DNA of 42,665 nt from a virus. The translations under genes were made by a program, and so were the position numbers. Under the pieces are notes generated by a model. The model saw only the letters and a list, made by a program, of their open reading frames with translations. It had not been told where the DNA came from and made no database searches. Each line of letters starts with the position of its first letter. Position 1 is the stretch's first letter. The DNA lies in IMG/VR virus record IMGVR_UViG_3300047441_000014, positions 1 through 42,665 of that record; one strand, given 5' to 3'. Below are positions 20,661 through 28,593 of this stretch, piece by piece.

Positions 20661-20960
20661 GTGATTGACCCTGACGATCTGACGACCCTTCCCCGGCGGC
20701 TCACCCTCGGCCAGATCTTCGAGGCCTACACCTCGAACCCGGCCGAGCGGCTCCGTCTGCTCCGTGCCTACGAGGCCCGGCTCACCGTCGATGCCGACGA
20801 GACGCTGGACGAGATTCGGGCTGCCTACCGGGTGGCCATCCTCGAGCTGCGTGGTCGTACGCCGCGGCCGACGTGGGCCGAGATAGGCGATTTGCTCGGC
20901 GTGACGGGGCAACGCGCCCAACAACTATCCGAACCCGACAAGGAGTCCCCGCGTGGGTGA
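20661..20960 (+). CDS. HTH DNA-binding protein (sigma-region-4-like/Cro-like)
   Basis: GTG 20661; alternative starts at 20643 and 20577 are not excluded. C-terminal PTWAEIGDLLGVTGQRAQQL is a classic helix-turn-helix. First gene of the early operon. Confidence 0.55.
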   Translation: MIDPDDLTTLPRRLTLGQIFEAYTSNPAERLRLLRAYEARLTVDADETLDEIRAAYRVAILELRGRTPRPTWAEIGDLLGVTGQRAQQLSEPDKESPRG

Positions 20961-21381
20961 CAAGACGGAGTGGGGCCCTGGCCCTTGGCAGACCGAGCCC
21001 GACCGCGTCGAATGGCGACACGCCGGTCTGCCATGCCTGGCCCGGAGAGGCCCCTTGGGCAACTGGTGCGGGTATGTCGCAGTGCCGCCGAGCCACCCCG
21101 ACCACGATGCCGACTACAGCGATGTCCCGGTCGATGTCCACGGCGGGCTGACCTACGGCGCACGCTGCGACGGGGATGAAGAGGACGGAATCTGCCACGT
21201 GCCCCACGGGGGTGAGCCGGCTGACGTGTTCTGGCTGGGCTTCGACTGCGCCCACTACAGCGACCTGGTCCCCGAGGTAGAGGCGTACGGAGTTAAGGAC
21301 CCGACTGCGACCTACAGGGATCTCGACTACGTCCGCGCCGAAACCAATGGCCTGGCCGAGCAGTTGGCGGTCCCGGCATGA
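20953..21381 (+). CDS. Conserved phage protein of unknown function
   Basis: GTG 20953 preceded by AAGGAG. GNWCGYVAVPPSHP...VDVHGGLTYG...FWLGFDCAHYSDL is a recurrent phage family pattern with no assigned function. Confidence 0.65.
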   Translation: MGDKTEWGPGPWQTEPDRVEWRHAGLPCLARRGPLGNWCGYVAVPPSHPDHDADYSDVPVDVHGGLTYGARCDGDEEDGICHVPHGGEPADVFWLGFDCAHYSDLVPEVEAYGVKDPTATYRDLDYVRAETNGLAEQLAVPA

Positions 21382-22493
21382 GCGACGCCGAGGTCACCCG
21401 AGAGCCGACCCTGCCCGGGTTGGAACTACCCGAGTACCACGGGCGGCCCGCCGAGGGGATGAAGTCGTCCCTGACGGGGGCGGGCAACCGCATCGTGGCG
21501 GCCCACGACATCGGCCAGCGCGGAGTCGCCGTGGTCGAGTTCGAGGTCACCGGCAGCGGGCACAAGGCCATCGCCAAGAGGCTCTACTACGTCGAGAGCC
21601 TGACCGTGCTCGACGTGTTCGAGGTCCAGGGCGCGGCCGGCGCCCGCCTGCTCTCGGCCATGCGCGAGTCCTACCGGACCGACGAGGACACGCGCCTGGG
21701 TCGCACGGCCCTGCCCATGGGCGACGAGAAGCACGCCGACGAGTCGGGCAACCTGCTCGCCCCGCCCGACCTCGCCGCCCTCCGTGGCGACCCCGTGGCG
21801 GCCATGCTCGACGAGCGTGTGGCGCCGGTGGTCGTCGTCTACTCCGACGGGGCCCGTGAGGTGTGGCCCGACGAGTTCGGCAAGGACTCGCCCCGGCCCG
21901 CGCCCGGCGACCAGTTCGAGGTCGAGGACGGCGCCCCCGTCTACGTGGCGCAGCTCCTCAACACCGAGACGGGCGAGACGCTGGGCGAGTGGACGGTGGC
22001 TCAAGAAGACGAGCGCCTGCTGGCGATGGAGCAGGCGGCCATAGCGTCCGAGGCGGCGGGCTCCGCTCCCGTCCCCTCGGATGACGGGGTGGTCGACCCG
22101 GGACCGCAAGGCGTCGACCCGCCGGCGGTCCCGGGTGCCTCGTCGCCCGACCCCGACACGGCATGGCTCGACGGTGAGCCCCTGTCGGACCGCCCCTACG
22201 CGGGGGAGACGGATGTCGAGTACCTCGAAGGGCTGGCGGACATCGCGGACGCGGAGGTCGTGCCCATCGGGATCAAGGCCGAGATGGAGGCGCAGCCCGG
22301 ACCGGCCGACTTCGAGTTCGTCGACCGTGGCGTCCGCGACATCGTCCTCGCCCTGCCGAACGTCCACTCCCTCGATGTCGCCCGCCGGCTGTTGGAGGCC
22401 GAGAAGCAAGGCCGCGGCCGCAACCTCAAGCCCCGGGCCAGCGCCATCGAGGTCATCACCCACCGCATCACGATCCTGGAGGGCAGGGCATGA
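21378..22493 (+). CDS. Hypothetical acidic protein (371 aa)
   Basis: ATGA-coupled ATG ORF with coding-like composition. No recognisable motif. Confidence 0.65.
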   Translation: MSDAEVTREPTLPGLELPEYHGRPAEGMKSSLTGAGNRIVAAHDIGQRGVAVVEFEVTGSGHKAIAKRLYYVESLTVLDVFEVQGAAGARLLSAMRESYRTDEDTRLGRTALPMGDEKHADESGNLLAPPDLAALRGDPVAAMLDERVAPVVVVYSDGAREVWPDEFGKDSPRPAPGDQFEVEDGAPVYVAQLLNTETGETLGEWTVAQEDERLLAMEQAAIASEAAGSAPVPSDDGVVDPGPQGVDPPAVPGASSPDPDTAWLDGEPLSDRPYAGETDVEYLEGLADIADAEVVPIGIKAEMEAQPGPADFEFVDRGVRDIVLALPNVHSLDVARRLLEAEKQGRGRNLKPRASAIEVITHRITILEGRA

Positions 22494-22654
22494 AGCCGCC
22501 TCACACGTGGGACACGTGCCCCGCCGCTTGGCCGGTCGACGGGACAACCGATGACTACCCGGAGTTGGTCTTCTGCGTCTGCCTGACGCCCGAGCAGGTC
22601 CGCGACTACGTCACCGGCGGCGATAACTCCCGCTGGCTCCGGAGGGCGGCATGA
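22490..22654 (+). CDS. Small hypothetical protein (54 aa)
   Basis: ATG 22490 and stop 22652-54 are both in ATGA overlaps with the neighbours. MKPPHTWDTCPAAWPVDGTTDDYPELVFCVCL... Below the ORF-track size cut-off. Confidence 0.5.
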   Translation: MKPPHTWDTCPAAWPVDGTTDDYPELVFCVCLTPEQVRDYVTGGDNSRWLRRAA

Positions 22655-23562
22655 GCCCCCGTCGACCAGCCCCGCCCACCCGGATCCAGCGTTCCGGCAA
22701 CGGCCACTCCTACTACCTCGACGGCGAGAAGGTGCCCGGGGTCACCACCATCCTGGGCAACGGCGTGCCGAAACCCGCCCTCGTGGCATGGGGGGCCCGC
22801 TGCGCAGCCGAGGCTGTAGCCAACGCCCTGACCACCGCCGAGGGCAAGGACGGCCAGACGCACATCGTGGCCGACCAGCTCATCACCGAGCTGCTGGCGT
22901 GGAACGAGACGAGGGGCTACCGCGCCGAGAAGGTGAACCGGGGCGATCCGCTCCCCCGCCTGGCCGTGGCCAAGATCCTGGAGAACATCCGCTACCGCGA
23001 CCTCGACGCTGCGTCGAACAGGGGCACCGAGGTCCACGCCCTGGCTGCCCGCCTAGCCCGCGGCGAGGAGGTCGACGTTCCTGACGTGCTCACCGGCCAC
23101 GTCGACAGCTACCTCCGGTTCCTGGCCGAATGGGATCCGACGCAGGCCCTGTTGGAGCGCGTCATCATCAACCGCAAGTGGCGCTACATGGGCAAGTTCG
23201 ACCTGCTCGCCCACTTCCCCGACTACGGCGTCGGCCTGCTCGACGTGAAGACCTCGCGGTCCGGCGTCTTCGCCGAGACGGCCCTACAGCTCGCCGGGTA
23301 CCGCTACGGCGAGACGATGCTCGACGGGGTCGACGACGCCGGCAACATCGTCGAGGTTCCGATGCCCGAGGTCGACTGGTGCGGGGCCGTGTGGGTCCGG
23401 GCCGACGGCTACGACGTGTACCGCTTCGACGTGACCCCGAAGACGCACCGCATCTTCCTCTACGCCAAGCACCTGGGCGAGTGGCTGGACTGGAAAGAGG
23501 GCGCAGCCGCCACCGTGAAGTCCGACGCCCTCGACCCGCCCCGGAAGGACGACGCAGCATGA
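22651..23562 (+). CDS. PD-(D/E)XK (RecB/Cas4-like) recombination exonuclease
   Basis: GTEVHALA, GKFDLL, GLLDVKTS (D...D-x-K) and ALQLAGYRY (QxxxY) occur in the canonical order. Directly upstream of RecT. Confidence 0.75.
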   Translation: MSPRRPAPPTRIQRSGNGHSYYLDGEKVPGVTTILGNGVPKPALVAWGARCAAEAVANALTTAEGKDGQTHIVADQLITELLAWNETRGYRAEKVNRGDPLPRLAVAKILENIRYRDLDAASNRGTEVHALAARLARGEEVDVPDVLTGHVDSYLRFLAEWDPTQALLERVIINRKWRYMGKFDLLAHFPDYGVGLLDVKTSRSGVFAETALQLAGYRYGETMLDGVDDAGNIVEVPMPEVDWCGAVWVRADGYDVYRFDVTPKTHRIFLYAKHLGEWLDWKEGAAATVKSDALDPPRKDDAA

Positions 23563-24842
23563 CCGGCACCGCCCTCGCTCGGGTTGAGCACACGAGCAGC
23601 TTCGACCTCGCCCCCCAGGCCTGGAGCCTGGCCCAACGCATCTGCAATACCGAGTTCGTGCCCCAGGAGATGAGGGGCAAGCCGGAGAAGGTGCTGGCCT
23701 CGTTCCTCAAGGGACACGAGGTCGGGTTCGCCCCAATGGCGTCTCTCGCCCTGATCCACGTGATCAACGGGCGCGCCGGCATGTACGCCGAGGGCATGCG
23801 GGCGCTCGTCCTCCAGGCCGGTCACGACTTCTGGATCGAGGAGCAGTCCATCACCCGCTGCACGGTGGGCGGGCAGCGCCGAGGGTCCGAGCGCCAGACG
23901 AAGATGACGTGGACGGCCGACGACTCCAAGCGGGCAGGGCTGGCCGGGAACCACCAGAAGTACCCGCAGGCGATGTACCTGGCCCGGGCCACGGCCGCAC
24001 TCTGCCGGGCCATCTTCCCCGACGTGCTCTCCGGGCTGTCCTACTCCGTCGAGGAGTTGACCGACGGGTTCGACGACGCGCCGACCACGATCGGCGGCCC
24101 CGCCACCACGTCGCCGGCGGGCCAGCGCCGTCAGGCGCCCCGTCAGGCGACGAGGGGCTCCGTCGCCCCCGCTCAGACCGAGCCGGCGCCCGCCCTGCCC
24201 CGAGCGGCCAGGGAGGCGCCCCTGCCGGGCGAGGAGGACGACGAGGCCATCGACGGTGAGGTGGTCGACGAGTACGAGGGCCCGGATCAGGACTTGGCCG
24301 CTCGCTCCTACTCCGGGCCGCAGATCATCGCCATGCGGTGCCAGGAAGTCGGGCTCGACCGCGACGACAAGCTCGCCTACGTGTCGGACGTGCTCGGCCG
24401 CGAGGTCACGACGACGAAGGATCTGTCGCCGGCCGAGATCACGATGGTGCTGAAGCACCTCGACACGTTCGCACCGATCGCCGGGGAGGCCGACGGGCAG
24501 GGTGAGCCGCCCGACGAAGGGGTCGCTGCCCCTTCGCAGACCACGCCGGAGGTGGTACCCCCGCCTTCGGCGCCTCCCCGGCGACGTGCGGCCCCGGCTA
24601 CGGCCGCCGCCGCCTCGTCGGTCACGCCCGCGCCGTCCCTCGACCAGTGGACGGGCGACAACTGGCGGGCGTTCCTCAAGGCCCGGAGCGTGAAGGTCAC
24701 GGAGCTGCTCAAGGAAGCGTCTCGGCTCGGCAAGGAGCGGGGCGTGTCGGCCCCGGCCACCCTGGACGATGTCACCGCCTCGGGCATGGCCGACGACCTC
24801 GTCGGCTTCGTCGAGGACTTGGCCATGGGGAGGAAGGGATGA
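23559..24842 (+). CDS. recT: RecT-family single-strand annealing protein with long C-terminal extension
   Basis: ATG 23559 in an ATGA overlap. N-terminal about 190 aa: LAQRICNTEFVPQEMRGKPEKVLASFLKGHEVGFAPMASL...INGRAGMYAEGMRAL are RecT-like. The extension carries Pro/Ala-rich linkers and two small helical modules. Confidence 0.75.
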   Translation: MTGTALARVEHTSSFDLAPQAWSLAQRICNTEFVPQEMRGKPEKVLASFLKGHEVGFAPMASLALIHVINGRAGMYAEGMRALVLQAGHDFWIEEQSITRCTVGGQRRGSERQTKMTWTADDSKRAGLAGNHQKYPQAMYLARATAALCRAIFPDVLSGLSYSVEELTDGFDDAPTTIGGPATTSPAGQRRQAPRQATRGSVAPAQTEPAPALPRAAREAPLPGEEDDEAIDGEVVDEYEGPDQDLAARSYSGPQIIAMRCQEVGLDRDDKLAYVSDVLGREVTTTKDLSPAEITMVLKHLDTFAPIAGEADGQGEPPDEGVAAPSQTTPEVVPPPSAPPRRRAAPATAAAASSVTPAPSLDQWTGDNWRAFLKARSVKVTELLKEASRLGKERGVSAPATLDDVTASGMADDLVGFVEDLAMGRKG

Positions 24843-25081
24843 GCGGCCTACCGCCGTCCGTGGTCACGATCAGGGCCGAGATCCGAGAGCGACTCGGCAC
24901 CGGGCGGTGCTTCACCTGGCGCCGGTCGGCCGACGAGAGTCTCGGGGTGCTGGCCTACGACGTGTGCGGCCTCAAGCATGGGGACGCTGGCCCCCACCAG
25001 TCGGGATGGTCTGGCACCGGGCAGATGTGGGACCAGCCGCACCAGGACCCGTCGCCCGGTGAGTTCGGGCACTTGTCGTGA
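24839..25081 (+). CDS. Hypothetical protein (80 aa)
   Basis: ATGA-coupled ATG 24839. No motif. Confidence 0.5.
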   Translation: MSGLPPSVVTIRAEIRERLGTGRCFTWRRSADESLGVLAYDVCGLKHGDAGPHQSGWSGTGQMWDQPHQDPSPGEFGHLS

Positions 25082-25605
25082 TCACCCTGACCCCCGACCA
25101 GGCCCGGGCCCTGCTCTACAACGTCCGCTGGCCCATGTACGAGTCGGCCGTCTCCGACGCCTTGGCCGCACTCATCAAGGGGTTGAGGGAGGACCGGCCT
25201 ACAAGCCCTCCCGATCCTGACTTCTTCTCAGTCGCGGGCATCCAGCGCGCTGCCAGACGCTCGATGCTCCCGGGCCCGACAACCCCCGACCCCCGACCCA
25301 AGCCTCAATGGGCCAACGTCGGACGGGCGACCGCGATTGTCCGCACTCTCCTCCACGCCGACCCGGCCAACGTGGCCCACGCCGACGCCCTCGGCGCCTA
25401 TATCCGGGACACGTTCGACGCCCTCGGGTTGAGCCTGCACGACGAAGAGACGGTCTACACGGCCGTGACCATGGTCGGGCTCATGGTCGAGATGGCGTCC
25501 AACGGGGCCAAGAAGGGCAACGTCGAGCCGTCCGTGGTGGCGGGTATCGCCCACATCGCTCAGTCAGTCACGGCCTCGATCCTCGACTACATCCCGACGC
25601 CATGA
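25078..25605 (+). CDS. Hypothetical protein (175 aa)
   Basis: GTGA-coupled GTG. Helical composition, no motif. Confidence 0.55.
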   Translation: MITLTPDQARALLYNVRWPMYESAVSDALAALIKGLREDRPTSPPDPDFFSVAGIQRAARRSMLPGPTTPDPRPKPQWANVGRATAIVRTLLHADPANVAHADALGAYIRDTFDALGLSLHDEETVYTAVTMVGLMVEMASNGAKKGNVEPSVVAGIAHIAQSVTASILDYIPTP

Positions 25606-25760
25606 GCAGAGTTCGCCGCCTTCTCGTCCTGTATGCCCGCGCGTTCCTTGTCCTGTGGGCCTGTGGGGTCCTTCAACACAACGAGGCGCGGAGCACGGGG
25701 GGGGCGCTGCTGCTGGTCATCGCCTTCTTCCTGACCGACGCGTTGGGCGACGACCGGTGA
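25602..25760 (+). CDS. Small membrane protein (52 aa)
   Basis: ATGA-coupled ATG 25602. LLVLYARAFLVLWACGVL and ALLLVIAFFLTDAL are hydrophobic segments. Confidence 0.45.
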   Translation: MSRVRRLLVLYARAFLVLWACGVLQHNEARSTGGALLLVIAFFLTDALGDDR

Positions 25761-26011
25761 CCCCCCTCACCACCGCCGTCCTCAACGAGATTGCCGACGA
25801 GGTCGAAGTCCTCCGCGAGTTGCGGTTCCAACCCGACGAGCGGTTCGAGGCCATCGAGGACCAGGCCCTCACCAATGCCGCCCGTTGGCTACGCGCCGCG
25901 TCGTACTCCGCGTTGGAGGGGGCAAGGAAGCTCGAACGCATCGTGCGGGCACGCCACGCCGACCTCCCGCCGTTGTCGGTGGCGGCGAACGAGTCGGGGG
26001 AGGCGTTCTAG
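25757..26011 (+). CDS. Hypothetical protein (84 aa)
   Basis: GTGA-coupled GTG 25757. Helical. Confidence 0.5.
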   Translation: MTPLTTAVLNEIADEVEVLRELRFQPDERFEAIEDQALTNAARWLRAASYSALEGARKLERIVRARHADLPPLSVAANESGEAF

Positions 26012-26176
26012 ATGCGGATATGCGAATCCTGCGGGGATGCGGCGACGGTCCGACTTCAAGACGGCTCCTTCTGGTGCGACGCCTGCAATGGGCAGGCGCT
26101 AGGGCACGGGTATGACCGGGAAGCGGGTACTCCGATGGTCCTTCGTGGCCCCGCGATTCGGGATGGCGCCTCGTGA
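26012..26176 (+). CDS. Small zinc-ribbon protein (54 aa)
   Basis: ATG 26012 abuts the upstream stop. MRICESCGDAATVRLQDGSFWCDACNG has CxxC...CxxC. Stop overlaps the next GTG. Confidence 0.5.
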   Translation: MRICESCGDAATVRLQDGSFWCDACNGQALGHGYDREAGTPMVLRGPAIRDGAS

Positions 26177-26700
26177 CCGCCATCGCCGGCATCGACGGGG
26201 CCACGAAGGACTTCGGGCTCGCCTGTCCCGACGGCGTGCTCTTGACGCTCAACGCCCGGGCCGGGAGCGACCAGCCCATCCGCCGACTGGCGCAGCTCGA
26301 GGATGCCCTCTACATGGCGCTCGTTCATCATCCGCCGAGGGCCACGTTGTTCGTCGTCGAGGGCTACCTCCTCCACGGCCCCGGCGCCTTGGCCTTGGCC
26401 CGCCTGGGCGAGGTCGGCGGCATGGTGCGCACGATGGCCTTCCGCCTGGGGGCGCACGTCGTCGAGGTCGGGCCGACGCAGCTCAAGCGGTTCGCCACCG
26501 GCAACGGGGCGGCCCGCAAGCCGGCGATGGTGGCCCGGGCGAACGAGCTGGGCGCCGACACCGACGATCACAACCAGGCCGACGCCTTCCTCCTGCGCTA
26601 CCTCGGGCGGATGGGGTGCGGCGACATCGCCCCGACCTTTCCGCACGAGGCCGAGGTCGTGGCCGCCTTGACGTGGCCCGTTCTAGGGAGGGTGGCATGA
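26173..26700 (+). CDS. RuvC-like Holliday junction resolvase
   Basis: IAGIDGAT (Asp), FVVEGY (Glu), QLKRFATGNGAARK and HNQADAFLL (Asp) match the phage RuvC-type resolvase layout. Confidence 0.75.
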   Translation: MTAIAGIDGATKDFGLACPDGVLLTLNARAGSDQPIRRLAQLEDALYMALVHHPPRATLFVVEGYLLHGPGALALARLGEVGGMVRTMAFRLGAHVVEVGPTQLKRFATGNGAARKPAMVARANELGADTDDHNQADAFLLRYLGRMGCGDIAPTFPHEAEVVAALTWPVLGRVA

Positions 26701-27137
26701 GCGAGTTCGACAGGGAAGCGGCTAGGGCGCGGTGCGAGGCGGCAACGCCGGGGCCGTGGGTGCGGGCTGCACACCACGGGCTGAGGTCGACGCACCCCGC
26801 CATGAGCCGTGCGGGCTCGGTTGGTTCTCTGCAATACACCGATGGCAGCGGATGGGAGCACGAGGGCGACCTCGACTTCATCGCCCACGCCCGGACCGAC
26901 CTCCCCGCCGCCCTCGACGACATCGACCGGCTGAAGGCCGAACTAGATGAGGCGCGGGACGCCTACGCCTGGCGCTTGGATGCGTCGGACCAGCAAGCGC
27001 GAGACCTCCGGACACTCACCGCCGAGCGTGACGCCCTCCAAGCCCGCCTCGATGAGGCCACCGCCACGATCGACGACCTCCACGAGCGGGTGGCCGACCT
27101 TGAGCGACGGACGGGCGAGAGGTCGGGTGGCGTGTGA
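26697..27137 (+). CDS. Ead/Ea22-like protein with C-terminal coiled coil
   Basis: ATG 26697 (ATGA overlap). ATPGPWV ... DLDFIAHARTDLPAALDDIDRL, then a heptad-like LKAELDEARD...LQARLDEATATIDDLHERVADLE. Paralogue of 1876..2373. Confidence 0.7.
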   Translation: MSEFDREAARARCEAATPGPWVRAAHHGLRSTHPAMSRAGSVGSLQYTDGSGWEHEGDLDFIAHARTDLPAALDDIDRLKAELDEARDAYAWRLDASDQQARDLRTLTAERDALQARLDEATATIDDLHERVADLERRTGERSGGV

Positions 27138-27913
27138 TGGGCGTCGATACCGCCATCGGGTGGACCGATCACACGTTTAATCCCTGGTGGGGCTGCACCC
27201 GCGTGTCCGAGGGGTGCAAGTTCTGCTACGCCGAGACGTTCGCCAAGCGGACGGGCAACATCGTGTGGGGCAAAGGCCAGCCCCGCCGTTTCTTCGCCGA
27301 CAAGCATTGGGACGAGCCCAGGAAGTGGGACGACGCGGCCAAGGCCGCCGGTAGCCCGGCGCTCGTCTTCTGCGCCAGCATGGCCGACGTGTTCGAGGAC
27401 CGGGCCGACCTCGTCTCCCACCGCGCCCGCCTCTTCGACCTGATCCTCGACACGCCCCATCTCCAGTGGCAGCTCCTCACCAAGCGCCCGGAGAACGTCA
27501 TGCGGCTCGTCCCTGCAGCGTGGTCGTCGGACTGGCCGCCGAACGCGTGGATCGGCTGCACCATGGAGAACCAGTCCGCGGCCGACGACCGCGGGCCGGT
27601 ACTTGTAGAGATCCCGGCGCCCGTCCTCTTCGTCTCGGCCGAGCCACTTCTCGGTCAGGTCGACCTCTGGCCATGGCTCGGCTGCACGTGGATCCCCAAC
27701 GTCATGGGCATCGACTGGATCATCATCGGCGGGGAGTCGGGGCCGCACCACCGTCCGCTCGACCTGGCCCACGCTCGGTACCTCGTCGGACAGGCCAATG
27801 CCTTCGGCGTGCCCGTCTTCTTCAAGCAGGTCGGCGGCCAGTACCCGACCTCCGGTGGCGACGAACTCGACGGAGTCCGCTACAAGCAGTTCCCCGCGGC
27901 GGCTGGTCGATGA
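27137..27913 (+). CDS. Phage Gp37/Gp68 family protein (DUF5131, three-Cys radical-SAM-like motif)
   Basis: IGWTDHTFNPWWGCTRVSEGCKFCYAE, LLTKRP and IIGGESGP are family hallmarks. Start is ATG 27137 (TGATG overlap) or GTG 27134. Confidence 0.85.
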   Translation: MGVDTAIGWTDHTFNPWWGCTRVSEGCKFCYAETFAKRTGNIVWGKGQPRRFFADKHWDEPRKWDDAAKAAGSPALVFCASMADVFEDRADLVSHRARLFDLILDTPHLQWQLLTKRPENVMRLVPAAWSSDWPPNAWIGCTMENQSAADDRGPVLVEIPAPVLFVSAEPLLGQVDLWPWLGCTWIPNVMGIDWIIIGGESGPHHRPLDLAHARYLVGQANAFGVPVFFKQVGGQYPTSGGDELDGVRYKQFPAAAGR

Positions 27914-28227
27914 AGGTCATCGAGTTGCGGGCCATCCTTGACCATCTTCCTGATGACCTCGACGTTTGCGTGTCCGGCCACGGGATGCTGGCCCATCTGC
28001 GCCACGTCCTGCGGACCCCAGCGCACAAGCACCGATGGGCAGGCAGCCCACTCGATGGCACCCCTGTGCCCGGCCAGGTCCGGCTCCTGTCGTTCGGCTA
28101 CTCGGTCTTCACTGAGCCTGACGTCGGCTGGTGGCTTCCGGCACCGTCAGTCCGTCTCTCCGGGCCGTTCCGTCGCCAGGCCGCCCTGGACGCTCGACTC
28201 GATGGCCTGCGCATGGTCGGGCCATGA
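27910..28227 (+). CDS. Hypothetical protein (105 aa)
   Basis: ATGA-coupled ATG 27910. No motif. Confidence 0.5.
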   Translation: MKVIELRAILDHLPDDLDVCVSGHGMLAHLRHVLRTPAHKHRWAGSPLDGTPVPGQVRLLSFGYSVFTEPDVGWWLPAPSVRLSGPFRRQAALDARLDGLRMVGP

Positions 28228-28481
28228 TCCCCGACTGGCTCACCGTCCTCATCGCCGTGGCGTTGTTCGTGTCGCCCGCCTTCATCCTCGTCGCGCCGCG
28301 CAAGCGCGAACGCTCTATGACCTTCGATCGCTACTGCCCGTTCCTGACGTGCCTGGAGCCGACCCCGCACACCCAAGCCGTGTGTCGGGACTGTGGAGCC
28401 GTGAGATACGGAAACCCCTTCAACTGCGGCCGATGCGCCACCGAGTACCGCCGTCAATGGCCTAACGAAGACGACTCCTAG
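28224..28481 (+). CDS. Small TM + Cys-rich protein (85 aa)
   Basis: ATGA-coupled ATG 28224. N-terminal TM WLTVLIAVALFVSPAFILVA, then CPFLTC...CRDCG...CGRC. Confidence 0.5.
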   Translation: MIPDWLTVLIAVALFVSPAFILVAPRKRERSMTFDRYCPFLTCLEPTPHTQAVCRDCGAVRYGNPFNCGRCATEYRRQWPNEDDS

Positions 28482-28593
28482 CCGTGGGCGAACCCTCGGC
28501 GCTCACGGCGGGCGAGTTGGACGGCTGCTCCTCCACGAGCAACGCCCGCCGGCCCGAGGGCGCAGCGGGCGTTGACCCGGCGTGTGACCAGCG

